Shown: in pieces, positions 41,706 to 51,714 of the stretch | Position numbering within the stretch: position 1 is the stretch's first letter | How the letters are laid out: the number at the start of each line of letters is the position of its first letter | Assembly (NCBI GenBank): GCA_963714975.1 | Contig: CAVQQD010000002.1 | Span: 576,001 to 640,000 of the forward strand | Direction: 5' to 3' | Origin: an uncultured Gammaproteobacteria bacterium | GTDB taxonomy: Bacteria > Pseudomonadota > Gammaproteobacteria > JAURND01 | Length of the DNA: 64,000 nt | Notes under the pieces: model-generated | The model's database searches: none | What the model saw: the letters and a program-made list of their open reading frames with translations, nothing else | What the model was told of the DNA's origin: nothing | Position numbers and translations under genes: made by a program

Positions 41706-42250
41706 ACACCCCGTAAAAATTTTTCAGTAATCAGCATTATTGGCTGTGCTTGACTATACATCACATAACTGCGTGATATTAAAGTTCCATCGTTTGTCCC
41801 GAAATGCTGTACCAGCGCTGGGTTTTGTTCTAATTTGCAGCCTAGCAATTGGCGAAATGTTTCTATTTTATTTTGTCGCAATAAGTGTCCGAGGGGAATA
41901 GTAGTGCGAAATAAATCATGCTTAAAATTTTCTGCTGATAAAGCATTAAGATTAATTAAAGAACGAGCGTACAAAAGAATTTTTCCTGATTGCTCACCTA
42001 TCAGTAGGGATTCACGAAATATTAGTTCTGTAGACTCAGTTAAATAAGGCAGTGGCAGGCTTGTACCGAGAAGTCGCTCGCTTAGCTTCTGTATCTTAAT
42101 TTTTTCCTTAGCATAGGATTCTAGGACATCAGTTAAAGTCGTGTCGCAGGTGATAATAATTCGCTCAATCGAGTTTAAAGAATGCAGTAGTGGATTATTA
42201 AGGGAAATCTCAGTTAAATTTTCGAGATCTTGGAAAAAAAGCATCTGCAT
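41678..42250 (-). CDS. Chorismate pyruvate-lyase-like protein (DUF98/Rv2949c type)
   Basis: DTTLTDVLE, RESLL.G, YARS.I, IPLG.LL...KIETFR, PIMLITEKF. Confidence 0.8.
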   Translation of the reverse strand: MQMLFFQDLENLTEISLNNPLLHSLNSIERIIITCDTTLTDVLESYAKEKIKIQKLSERLLGTSLPLPYLTESTELIFRESLLIGEQSGKILLYARSLINLNALSAENFKHDLFRTTIPLGHLLRQNKIETFRQLLGCKLEQNPALVQHFGTNDGTLISRSYVMYSQAQPIMLITEKFLRGVYDRHRRCS

Positions 42251-42286
42251 ATGTTAGAATCGCTGCCTAATTGAAGAGGGTCCATT

Positions 42287-42676
42287 ATGTTACAAATTTT
42301 TTTAAAAGCAAAACTTCATCATGCTCGGGTTACCCATGTAGAATTAGAATATCAGGGTTCTTGTGCCATTGATCAAGAATTATTAGCGGCTGTTGGCATT
42401 TTAGAAAACGAGCAAATTCATATTTACAATCTTAATAATGGTGAACGTTTCATTACTTATGCAATTACCGCCCCGGTGGGATCAGGCATTATCTCGGTCA
42501 ATGGGGCTGCTGCGCATAAGGTCAAGATTCAAGATCGGATAATTATCTGTAGTTATGCCTGGCTTAATGAGCAAGAGGTAGCACAACATCGTCCTCGGGT
42601 GCTGCAGTTAGATGCCCATAACCGCTCCACTCCGATTGCCCAAGAACAGCTATACCAGGTTGACCTCTTCTCCTAA
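42287..42676 (+). CDS. panD: Aspartate 1-decarboxylase
   Basis: [32 protein letters not shown]. Confidence 0.96.
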   Translation: MLQIFLKAKLHHARVTHVELEYQGSCAIDQELLAAVGILENEQIHIYNLNNGERFITYAITAPVGSGIISVNGAAAHKVKIQDRIIICSYAWLNEQEVAQHRPRVLQLDAHNRSTPIAQEQLYQVDLFS

Positions 42677-42715
42677 CCTTCAGTTATTATGCGCATTTTT
42701 AGCTTATGCCCAATA

Positions 42716-43594
42716 CTAAAGTTTATCTTGTGATAGGTTTCTGACCTCATTTAATGACAAATCCATCAGCCCGGCGATTTCTTCTAGCGCCAAACCTTTA
42801 GCCATTAGCTTGCGTACCAAGACTTGCTGGGTTTTAAAGCTACCTTCTTCACGCCCAATCTCTATGCCTTCTTGCATCCCGCTCCGATGAGCAGCATTTA
42901 CCAAGGTTTTTTCAACACTAATGGCATCCCAATAGCGATCATAGTCTTCCAATTCGGCCGGTGTATAGGCGGCTTCTTCAGCCAAGTCGAGGGCTTGTTT
43001 AATTTCAGGTTCCTCCAGCCAATCGCTAGGGACTTGGTTAACTTTTTCATTTAGCTCCGACATAAAACGCAGCCACAGAACTTTCAGTTTTTTCTCCGGA
43101 TAATTCTTGGCTTTGAATTTAGGCAGCTCAATAAATACTAATTGTAAATCTTTAATCTCAACCGCAGGCTTCTGCACATTCACAATTTTATAGTGGTGGT
43201 ACCAATGCTCTTCATCAGGATCAAAGGTCGTGTTAATCAGGCCAAGCCCATACACTGGCCGTAGTAATTCGTAGTCTTCTCCTTTTTCTAATTGACGCAC
43301 ATAGGCTTTACTGACATTAAATAATAAACGTTGTTTAAAACTATCCGTCCATTGGATCTGCATTTCCACAATAAACACCCGGCCTTGCTCATCAGTACAC
43401 TTCACATCTACCACAGTGTATTTAAAGGCAGGAATTGTGGGGACTTGTTCACTAGGTAAGTATTCTAGCCTACTGATTAAGCCTTTTTCGGGGAGAGGTA
43501 AGATCGAGTTAAGAAAGCTTTTGAGTAGTTCGGGATGTTCGCCAAAAATTTTTTTAAAAACAATATCGGTTTTAGGATCTAAATAGCGTGGCAT
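42716..43594 (-). CDS. Rpn family recombination-promoting nuclease (PD-(D/E)XK)
   Basis: YLDPKTDIVFKKIFG, VDVKC, IVEMQ, FIELPKF, EGIEIGREEG tail. Confidence 0.92.
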   Translation of the reverse strand: MPRYLDPKTDIVFKKIFGEHPELLKSFLNSILPLPEKGLISRLEYLPSEQVPTIPAFKYTVVDVKCTDEQGRVFIVEMQIQWTDSFKQRLLFNVSKAYVRQLEKGEDYELLRPVYGLGLINTTFDPDEEHWYHHYKIVNVQKPAVEIKDLQLVFIELPKFKAKNYPEKKLKVLWLRFMSELNEKVNQVPSDWLEEPEIKQALDLAEEAAYTPAELEDYDRYWDAISVEKTLVNAAHRSGMQEGIEIGREEGSFKTQQVLVRKLMAKGLALEEIAGLMDLSLNEVRNLSQDKL

Positions 43595-43710
43595 GGTTTC
43601 TTCCAGTAATGGGTAATGAGTTCAACCATAGCAAAATGTTTTTGACTGAGCAATACAGTAGGGGAAATCCCTCTCCAAATATGAGCCGTGTGCGGCAGGA
43701 CCTTGAAGGC

Positions 43711-44565
43711 TCAGCGGCAATCCTCCACTCGTACATTATCAATCAATCGCGTTTTACCTAGCCATGCAGCAGCTAACACGACTAACGCAGTGTCATTGGG
43801 CTTGGGAATTTCTAAGCTAGCTGAATTTCGCACTTCCAGATAGTCTAATTTAAAGCCGAGTTTTTCCAGTTCTTCTCCAGCTTGTTGGCACAATTTTGGA
43901 TAATCCAGGTTGCCGCCAATGATTTGCTCGCATACCTGGTTTAAATTTGCAAATAGATCGGGAGCTATTGCTCGCTCGCTGACATTTAGATATTGATTCC
44001 TAGAGCTCATTGCTAGACCATCCGCTTCTCGGACCGTAGCTACTGGAAGAATAGTAATGGGAAAATTTAAATCCTGCACCATTCTGCAAATAATAACCCA
44101 TTGTTGAAAATCTTTTTCGCCAAAGATCGCTATTTGTGGCTGCACGATATGAAATAACTTCGCGACGACGGTAGTGACTCCATAAAAAAAATGCGGGCGG
44201 GTTTTACCACACAATGCATCGGATAAACCCGGGACAATGACCTGGCTGAGTGGCAGTTGATTATTAGGATAAATTTCATGGTTATCAGGCAGAAACAAGC
44301 TGTCGACTTCGCTGGCAATTAATTTATCAATATCGGTTTGCTGTGTGCGCGGATAAGTATCGAAATCTTCGTGCGGAGCAAATTGTAGGGGATTCACAAA
44401 AATACTGACCACAATATGGTCGGCCACTTGTTTGGCGTGTCGCACGAGCGCTAAATGTCCCTCATGCAGGTTGCCCATCGTTGTGACCAGGGCAATTTTT
44501 GTTCCAGCCATGCGTAATGGAGCTAGATGCTCGCGCAAAGATTGAATTGATTGGAAAATGTTCAT
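43711..44565 (-). CDS. panC: Pantoate-beta-alanine ligase
   Basis: TMGNLHEGH, FVNPLQF, FGEKDFQQ, GLAMSSRN. Confidence 0.97.
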   Translation of the reverse strand: MNIFQSIQSLREHLAPLRMAGTKIALVTTMGNLHEGHLALVRHAKQVADHIVVSIFVNPLQFAPHEDFDTYPRTQQTDIDKLIASEVDSLFLPDNHEIYPNNQLPLSQVIVPGLSDALCGKTRPHFFYGVTTVVAKLFHIVQPQIAIFGEKDFQQWVIICRMVQDLNFPITILPVATVREADGLAMSSRNQYLNVSERAIAPDLFANLNQVCEQIIGGNLDYPKLCQQAGEELEKLGFKLDYLEVRNSASLEIPKPNDTALVVLAAAWLGKTRLIDNVRVEDCR

Positions 44566-45371
44566 GCAAAACTTTGTTCTAGGCTGGGAAACTCACCATT
44601 TTTTACGCAACGGACGTATTCTTTAACAGCTCCTGGAATACCGTCAGTTTGGCCCAACAAAAAATTACGTGTGAAGGTATATTGTTGTCCAGTGATACCT
44701 AGCATATCAGGGGTCACTAATACTTGCCCATCGCAATAAGGTCCAGCTCCAATACCAATGACGGGAATGGAAAGTTTTTGGGTAATTTTCTTTGCCAATT
44801 CGAAGGGGATGCATTCCAACACCAGCAACTTAGCGCCCGCTTTTTCAAGCTGAATTGCCGAATCAAAAATTTCATGTGCTTGCGTTTTTTCACGCCCTTG
44901 GACTTTATAGCCGCCAAAAGCATGAACTGATTGTGGGGTTAAGCCAAGGTGAGCGCAGGTAGGGATCCCTTTCTCATTGATTTGACTGATGATCGGCAGC
45001 AGCCAATTTCCCCCCTCCATTTTGATCATTTCCGCACCTGCCTGCATCAATTTAGCGGCATTCTTCAGGGCCCGATCCACGCCGCTATAAGACATAAATG
45101 GCATATCAGCTATGACAAAAGCCTGGGGCTTAGCGCGGCAGACATTCTGGGTATGATAGACGATATCTTTGACGGTCACCGGGAGTGTGCTACTATGGCC
45201 AGCAACCACCATTCCTAGGGTATCACCTACTAAAAGTATTTCTACTCCTGCTTCGCTGAGAGTTTTTGCAAATGCTGCATCATAACAAGTCAGCACGCTA
45301 ATTTTTTCCCCATCTTGCTTCATTTTATGCAGCTGGGTAAGTGTAATATGTTTAGTCATAGCTTGGGTCAT
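44562..45371 (-). CDS. panB: 3-methyl-2-oxobutanoate hydroxymethyltransferase
   Basis: LLVGDTLG, ADMPFMSY, HLGLTPQS. Confidence 0.97.
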   Translation of the reverse strand: MTQAMTKHITLTQLHKMKQDGEKISVLTCYDAAFAKTLSEAGVEILLVGDTLGMVVAGHSSTLPVTVKDIVYHTQNVCRAKPQAFVIADMPFMSYSGVDRALKNAAKLMQAGAEMIKMEGGNWLLPIISQINEKGIPTCAHLGLTPQSVHAFGGYKVQGREKTQAHEIFDSAIQLEKAGAKLLVLECIPFELAKKITQKLSIPVIGIGAGPYCDGQVLVTPDMLGITGQQYTFTRNFLLGQTDGIPGAVKEYVRCVKNGEFPSLEQSFA

Positions 45372-45445
45372 GTGGTTATGGGAGGACTATTTCGTCGGCT
45401 ATGTTACCCAGCATTTACTATTTTTGCAAAGAAGAGGATCGTCCA

Positions 45446-46651
45446 ATGCAAGCCTCATTAGAACACAAGCGGATTTTATTAGGAGTGACTGGCGGTATTG
45501 CTATTTATAAAAGCGCTGATTTAGTGCGTCGCTTACGGGAGGCTGGGGCCGAAGTTCGGGTAGTAATGACTAATGCTGCTAAATCCCTGATGACGCCTTT
45601 AGCATTTCAAGCGCTCTCAGGCTACAGCGTATTATCCGATTGGGACGGACAGAGTTCTGAATTTGCCATGGATCATATTGCCTTAACTCGTTGGGCCGAT
45701 CTGATTTTGATTGCTCCTTGCACTGCGGATTTTATGGCTAAATTAGCGCATGGACTGGCTGATGATGTGCTAAGTACCTTATGTCTTGCCGCAACTGTGC
45801 CGATCTTAGTGGCTCCGGCGATGAATAAACACATGTGGGACAACCCAGCAACGCAATTTAATAAAGCTCAATTGGAGCAACGCGGGGCGAGCATCATCCC
45901 TCCTGAAAGCGGTGCACAAGTCTGTGGCGATGTGGGGGTAGGGCGAATGGTCGAGGTCGATGCGATCCTGAGTTCACTGGTCGAAATGTTTAGCAAAACA
46001 ACGCGTTTGCAGGAGGTACGGGTTTTAATCACTGCCGGTCCAACCCAAGAACCGATTGATCCAGTGCGATTTATTTCTAATCACAGTTCTGGCAAGATGG
46101 GTTATGCTTTGGCGGAAGCGGCAGCTGCTGCGGGGGCAAAAGTGACGCTGGTAAGCGGTCCTTGTCAGCTGACCCTCTCGCAAAGCATAGAGAAAATAGC
46201 CGTGATTACCGCGCAACAAATGTTTGATGCTGTCATGGCAAAGCAAGCTGATTGTGATATTTTTATTGCCGTAGCGGCTGTGGCAGATTATCACTGTGTG
46301 AATATTGCGTCGCAGAAAATGTCTAAAGGCCAAGAAGAATTGACTTTGGTGTTACAACCCACCCCAGACATTTTGGCAGCGGTCGCTCAGCAAAATCAGA
46401 GGCTTTTTACCGTAGGTTTTGCAGCAGAAACCGAGCATGTCGTAGAAAATGCCAGAGGAAAATTGCACGAAAAACATTTGCAGCTAATAATTGCTAATGA
46501 TGTTTCACAAGCTAATATTGGCTTTCATTCCGACCAAAATGCCTGCATTGCCCTTTGGGACCAGGGGGAGAAAAATTTTTCTGCGCGCTCAAAGCGACAA
46601 TTAGCAGTAGATTTGCTTGATTTAATTGCTATTCTTTATTCGCAAAGGTAG
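45446..46651 (+). CDS. coaBC: Phosphopantothenoylcysteine decarboxylase/ligase
   Basis: GVTGGIAIYK, APAMN, TAGPTQEPIDPVRFISNHSSGKMG. Confidence 0.97.
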   Translation: MQASLEHKRILLGVTGGIAIYKSADLVRRLREAGAEVRVVMTNAAKSLMTPLAFQALSGYSVLSDWDGQSSEFAMDHIALTRWADLILIAPCTADFMAKLAHGLADDVLSTLCLAATVPILVAPAMNKHMWDNPATQFNKAQLEQRGASIIPPESGAQVCGDVGVGRMVEVDAILSSLVEMFSKTTRLQEVRVLITAGPTQEPIDPVRFISNHSSGKMGYALAEAAAAAGAKVTLVSGPCQLTLSQSIEKIAVITAQQMFDAVMAKQADCDIFIAVAAVADYHCVNIASQKMSKGQEELTLVLQPTPDILAAVAQQNQRLFTVGFAAETEHVVENARGKLHEKHLQLIIANDVSQANIGFHSDQNACIALWDQGEKNFSARSKRQLAVDLLDLIAILYSQR

Positions 46652-47732
46652 GGATATTTTTGCTACGGATATTGCTTGCAGCATCAGCATTTATTCGGGT
46701 ACGTAAAGTAGGAAAGCTGTGCGGAGAATTCTCGCTCACAAAATTCACTATTTTTTCCCTAATTTCGCAACCTAGACTCCACAAATCTCCGGTATTCCGG
46801 GCACTGATTAAAGCTCGTAATTGTAAAGAATTTTCTTTTAGGTCAATTACTTCTAGCTTTCCCATCTTTTTGTCCCAAAAAGGAGAATTGTGTAGAGTAT
46901 CAATTAAAAATTGTCTTAGGATCTGAATGTCTATACTGTAATCGACATGAAAAGGAATAGAGCCTAATAAATTTGGATCAGGCTGAGTGAAGTGGATGAA
47001 AGGTTTATCGATAAAATAATTTAACGGCAAAACTAACCTTCTTAAATCCCATAAGCACAAGGTAACATTGGTAGAAGTAATCTCTTCTACCTTGCCAATT
47101 TCACCTTCAATCCCCAAAGTGTCACCAATTTTAATCGGTTTAGTAAAGGCTAATTGAAAGCCAGAGATGATGTTGCTGACTAATTTTTGCGCACTCAATG
47201 CAACGATGGCACCTGCAACTCCAGCGGAAACCAATATGCCCTTGCCTATTTCTCTAACACTCTCAAAGCTCAATAATAAAAGTGAGATGGCAAGTATAAA
47301 TATAAGTAACTTCCCAATATTTTTTAAGACATGATATTTAGTAATTAAGACGGTGTAACGTAAATCTTTATTAGTGGTTAATGATTTTTTTAGCAGCCAA
47401 ATGTCTAAATAATCCATTATTTTCAGCGCCGACCAACTCATAGCCAGAATAAATAAAACTTTAACGATGTGACTAATAATTTGGGAAGCAGAATTTAAAT
47501 CCAACGCTGATGCAGCTAGAGTAAAATAAAATAAAACAAAAATTACATACAGTGGATTTTTCAGATGATGTAAAAAAATTCCAAGTAAGCTTGCTTGCAT
47601 TTTAAAATGTTTGACTAATAGGATATAAACAACGAAATGGGTTAGTAACCCGAAGAAGATGCCTATACCAACAGCGATTAAAATTGGGACATATAGTTGA
47701 AAATTATTCATTGAAAATTGCATGGGTATCAT
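46629..47732 (-). CDS. Mechanosensitive channel, MscS family
   Basis: SAGVAG..LSAQ..SNIISG.Q...KPIKIGD, GKVEEI. Confidence 0.9.
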   Translation of the reverse strand: MIPMQFSMNNFQLYVPILIAVGIGIFFGLLTHFVVYILLVKHFKMQASLLGIFLHHLKNPLYVIFVLFYFTLAASALDLNSASQIISHIVKVLFILAMSWSALKIMDYLDIWLLKKSLTTNKDLRYTVLITKYHVLKNIGKLLIFILAISLLLLSFESVREIGKGILVSAGVAGAIVALSAQKLVSNIISGFQLAFTKPIKIGDTLGIEGEIGKVEEITSTNVTLCLWDLRRLVLPLNYFIDKPFIHFTQPDPNLLGSIPFHVDYSIDIQILRQFLIDTLHNSPFWDKKMGKLEVIDLKENSLQLRALISARNTGDLWSLGCEIREKIVNFVSENSPHSFPTLRTRINADAASNIRSKNIPTFANKE

Positions 47733-49162
47733 ATTGGGATTCCTGCAGGAAGTGAAGATAAGGAACTACTACTGCTTTCTTGGTGATAAGTTAAAAGTTT
47801 GTTATTATTAATTTTTTGGCTGATAATACCGAGTTGTGCTAATATTTTGTTAGTAATTTCATTCCAATTGCGGAGTTTTTCATTTTTTGTTTGCTCAGTT
47901 GTTAGATATTCTTGAAATGTTTCTGGGTAGTAATTTCGTGCAGCTCCTTGATAATGTTTGTTTAGAACAGCAAAAGTGAGTAATAGGCCAGCAAGTGCTA
48001 CAATGGCTAAGGTAATATAGAGGCCTTGTCTTGTCATTACAAAGTCTGCTGCTTTTCCTATGCCTAATGTATGAATACTTTCCAATTTAGCTTTAGCCAG
48101 TTTAATAATAAGCATGGGGAAAAAGAAATTCCCGGCACACGTCCCTAAAAAAGTGCTTATCCCAACCCAGATGAGTAGTCTTTTTTGTTTTTTCCACCAT
48201 TCCTTGGCAGATAAGCGCTTGGTTTTTTCATTAGATTCAGCCGATTGCTCGTCTGCAAAATTACTATGGTCGTACTTACTCAATGAATTTTGAGCTTTAA
48301 CTCTATTCTGGGGGTGCAGATTCTGAGTTGTAGTTATTATTTCAATAAGTTCATTATATACCTGTTCTTGGCCTTTGACAGATAATTGTTTTAATTCTTT
48401 GATAAGTTGTAGGAGTTGATCAGCGTCTATATCAATTTCCTTAAACATTGCTTGTAACTGCATTTCTAGCTTAGTTAAGTTGGCACCACTTAGAAAAAAT
48501 GTTGCTTTGCTCAATATGGATGAAAATTCATTGCCACTTATTGATTTATCTTCAGTGTTATTATCCTTTTCTTTAATATATTGATTAAAAGGAGATTGGT
48601 TAAGGCTATTTTTTATTCCTTGCAGATTTTCTTCTAGTTCGATTATTATTTTTCTGCGAATGATGAAGAGTATTTGTTCCCTCAGTTTGGCCAGTTTTAC
48701 CGTGCGAATCCTATCTTTCTCTTGTAGACGCAAGTCTTTCCAACTTATCTTAACCAGGGTGGAAATCGGTAAAAGGCAAAAAATTCCCAATCCTAAAAAA
48801 GTAACTACTAAGTTGACGTCAGAGATGGCGAAAAATCCTAAAACTGCTGAAGTCAAGCCTAAAATAGTAGTGATGATCAGATGACAGATAATAAAGATAT
48901 CACAAGCTCTTTCATCAACATGAACCTCTAATTTGTTTTTCTCCAATTCGGTTAAATTGACAAAGCTTAGTAGTTTATGGAAATTATTGAGGTTATTTTC
49001 AGTTTTAAATGTTTTCTTTAATTTATTAACTGGAAACGCCAATTTTTTATCTATGTCCAAAGATAAAGTTCGATGACTATAGGCGTCTGATTCCAGTTGT
49101 TTAAAAAATTCTATTTTATCTTTGGTGTCCTGCAAAACCGTATTCAATAAATTTTCAGACAT
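47729..49162 (-). CDS. Hypothetical AT-rich membrane protein with coiled coils
   Basis: 477 aa, four hydrophobic segments, GAGG RBS, TATAAT upstream. Confidence 0.7.
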   Translation of the reverse strand: MSENLLNTVLQDTKDKIEFFKQLESDAYSHRTLSLDIDKKLAFPVNKLKKTFKTENNLNNFHKLLSFVNLTELEKNKLEVHVDERACDIFIICHLIITTILGLTSAVLGFFAISDVNLVVTFLGLGIFCLLPISTLVKISWKDLRLQEKDRIRTVKLAKLREQILFIIRRKIIIELEENLQGIKNSLNQSPFNQYIKEKDNNTEDKSISGNEFSSILSKATFFLSGANLTKLEMQLQAMFKEIDIDADQLLQLIKELKQLSVKGQEQVYNELIEIITTTQNLHPQNRVKAQNSLSKYDHSNFADEQSAESNEKTKRLSAKEWWKKQKRLLIWVGISTFLGTCAGNFFFPMLIIKLAKAKLESIHTLGIGKAADFVMTRQGLYITLAIVALAGLLLTFAVLNKHYQGAARNYYPETFQEYLTTEQTKNEKLRNWNEITNKILAQLGIISQKINNNKLLTYHQESSSSSLSSLPAGIPI

Positions 49163-49397
49163 AATTCACCTCTTTAGATTATACAGGTAAATGCTGAGTC
49201 TTATAACTCTTGAATAAATAAATTGCTTAGCAGAGGTTATAATACAAAAAAATAGATTGCAAGCTTTTTTGGCAGTGCTTTGTTCTAGCTTTTATAGGTA
49301 GTTTATTTATTAGAGAGCCTAATCAAAAACTTATTTTAAAAGGCACAACACTGGCGCATCACTAGAAAATTTTGTAGGATATGAGCTCTTATGTGCT

Positions 49398-49471
49398 GCG
49401 GGTGTAGTTCAATGGTAGAACTTCAGCTTCCCAAGCTGATAGCGTGGGTTCGATTCCCATCACCCGCTCCA
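49398..49471 (+). tRNA. tRNA-Gly(CCC)
   Basis: TCAGC-TTCCCAA-GCTGA, GGTTCGATTCC, CCA end. Confidence 0.96.
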
Positions 49472-49500
49472 TCCATCAATAAAGAAGGAAGGATATAATA

Positions 49501-51558
49501 ATGAATAGGCTGCTGAAGATTATTGTCTGGATCGTCGTAATCCTGGTTCTTTTGGCGGTGGGCTCGGGGATAGTGTTGTTTACTATGATTAAACCTAGTG
49601 TCCTTAAAAGTCAAATGACCACTTGGGTGCATAATAAAACAGGCAGAGAATTAATTATCAGCGGTGATATTGAGCGTTCCATTTTTCCCTGGGTAGGCTT
49701 GCGCATCCATGACTTACGCTTAACGAATGCCCCTGGTTTTGAGCCTCAGGATAATTTTGTCAGCATTGGTCAGGTCGATGTCAAGGTAAAACTTCTCCCT
49801 TTGCTCAGCCGAACAGTGGAAATAGGGAAGATAAGCTTTGATGGAGTACAGCTCAATTTGGCGAAGAATGCGATTGGTCAAGGCAATTGGCAAGATTTAG
49901 GGAGAAGAAAAGCTTCCTTGGTCGGCTCTGATAGTGCTTCTAATACATCCGCGCCCGCCTCAGCAGCATCCGCTTCTTCTAGGCATTTTGAAATTAGTAT
50001 TGCTGAATTAGAGATAAAGCGAGCTAATATTTCCTGGAGAAATGCTCAAAATGGTGATCATTTATTGATTAAAAATTTAGATTTAACTAGCACGCATATG
50101 GGCTTTAATCAAGCCTTTCCATTTGCAGTAGCGTTTACTCTAGAAGGAGCAAAACCTCAAATTACGGGTCAATTTTCCTTAGATAGTAATGTGATTGTGG
50201 TCCCTGCGTTACAACAGTTTAAATTTACGAAACTGCGCTTGAATAGCGCAATTTTAGTACCCAATTTACCTAAGGCACAATTAGCAGCCGATAAACTGGA
50301 TTTTTCTCTAAAATCACAACTGTTAACAGCTGAAAATCTAGTTTTCACGCTGGGGGATTTAGTGGCTAAGATTGAACTTAAGGGAGAAAATCTAATCAGC
50401 CAACCTGCTTTTCAAGGTCATATTCGGGTGACGCAATTTAATTTGCGGGATTTTCTGAGTTTGATAAGGAAAAATTTCCCCACACGTGACCCAAGTGCCT
50501 TGCAGCGGGTTTCTTTGTTAACTGATTTTACAATCAATAAAAATTTACTTAAGCTCAGCTCATTAACCATGCAGGTTGATGACTCTACGGCGAAGGGAAA
50601 TTTCGCATTAGAAAACAATGGTCCTAAAAAATTAAATTTTAACTTGGATGTTGATCAAATTAATTTAGATCGTTACTTGCCGAATGGTTCGATGGTCGGA
50701 ATGAAATCAGCAGCAACCGCGGTAAAATCAACACCGGCAACGCCAGTTACAGTTGCGACAGCAGTAGCAGACCCAGCAGTTGTCGAAAAGAACCGTTTAA
50801 AATTAGCCGCAATTAATGGAACTTTGCAAGTTAATTTACTCAGTTTAAGCAACATTCGAATTAATAATGTTTTTGCCTTAATTAATACAAAAGACGATTT
50901 GATCCATATTTCGCCTTTTAAGGCAGAAGTATTTCAGGGCACTAGTGATGGAGAAATAGCCATCGATGTCCATTCGGACATCCCTAAATATTCAGTTAAA
51001 GAAGCTTTAAGTAATGTGCAATTAAGCCAATTATTTAAATCGGATCGGCTGACCGGAACTGCTAATATTAATTTAAATGTCACGGCACTAGGGAAAAATA
51101 AAAATGTCATTTTACATAGTTTAAATGGCACTACTCAGTTTAATATAAAAAATGGCGCCTTGTTAGGGGTAGATATTCCTTATGAATTAGCGCGCGCGGT
51201 TGCAGTATTAAAAAAACAAACGATTCCTCCTGAGCCTGCCATTAGGCAAACTGAATTTAGTGAATTTACTGGTTCGGGAGTTTTAAATCAGGGAGTGTTG
51301 GCGAATGAAAATTTACAAATTCTCTCGCCAGCTTTTAAAATTACTGGGAAGGGAACAGCCAATTTTGTGGATCAACAATTGAACTATCATTTGTTGGTAG
51401 CCAGACCTCAGGAGGAAGAGAAATTTGCCATCCCCTTATTGATTACTGGTACTTTTAGTAAGCCGAAGGTAACGCCTGATTTGGAAGCAATTTCAGGTAT
51501 GCTACTCAAACAACAATTGCAGGATAAAATCCAATTACTGCGGAAGTGGATTAAATAA
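49501..51558 (+). CDS. asmA: AsmA family protein
   Basis: N-terminal TM, TGRELII.GDI..SIFPW, VKLLPLL, G.GNWQDL. Confidence 0.88.
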   Translation: MNRLLKIIVWIVVILVLLAVGSGIVLFTMIKPSVLKSQMTTWVHNKTGRELIISGDIERSIFPWVGLRIHDLRLTNAPGFEPQDNFVSIGQVDVKVKLLPLLSRTVEIGKISFDGVQLNLAKNAIGQGNWQDLGRRKASLVGSDSASNTSAPASAASASSRHFEISIAELEIKRANISWRNAQNGDHLLIKNLDLTSTHMGFNQAFPFAVAFTLEGAKPQITGQFSLDSNVIVVPALQQFKFTKLRLNSAILVPNLPKAQLAADKLDFSLKSQLLTAENLVFTLGDLVAKIELKGENLISQPAFQGHIRVTQFNLRDFLSLIRKNFPTRDPSALQRVSLLTDFTINKNLLKLSSLTMQVDDSTAKGNFALENNGPKKLNFNLDVDQINLDRYLPNGSMVGMKSAATAVKSTPATPVTVATAVADPAVVEKNRLKLAAINGTLQVNLLSLSNIRINNVFALINTKDDLIHISPFKAEVFQGTSDGEIAIDVHSDIPKYSVKEALSNVQLSQLFKSDRLTGTANINLNVTALGKNKNVILHSLNGTTQFNIKNGALLGVDIPYELARAVAVLKKQTIPPEPAIRQTEFSEFTGSGVLNQGVLANENLQILSPAFKITGKGTANFVDQQLNYHLLVARPQEEEKFAIPLLITGTFSKPKVTPDLEAISGMLLKQQLQDKIQLLRKWIK

Positions 51559-51687
51559 AAACAGGCATCTATGGCCTATCTTTCGCAACGAAATGTTTGA
51601 AAAATGCTCATGTACTAACGTGTACACTGCGCTTTTTCATCCATTTCGTTACTTCAACCTAGGCTCATAGCTGCCTGTTTTTGCCAA
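51556..51687. repeat. ~130-bp palindromic element (Rickettsia palindromic element-like), copy 1
   Basis: AAAAACAGGCA...TGCCTGTTTTT ends with CATGTAC..GTGTACACT core; inverted copy at 62967-63098. Confidence 0.85.
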
Positions 51688-51714
51688 TAGGGTGAATATT
51701 AAAGTGAGGATTAC

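Noticed and set aside
49398-49471. tRNA-Gly as an integration site
   Set aside because: No duplicated tRNA 3' end or integrase seen.
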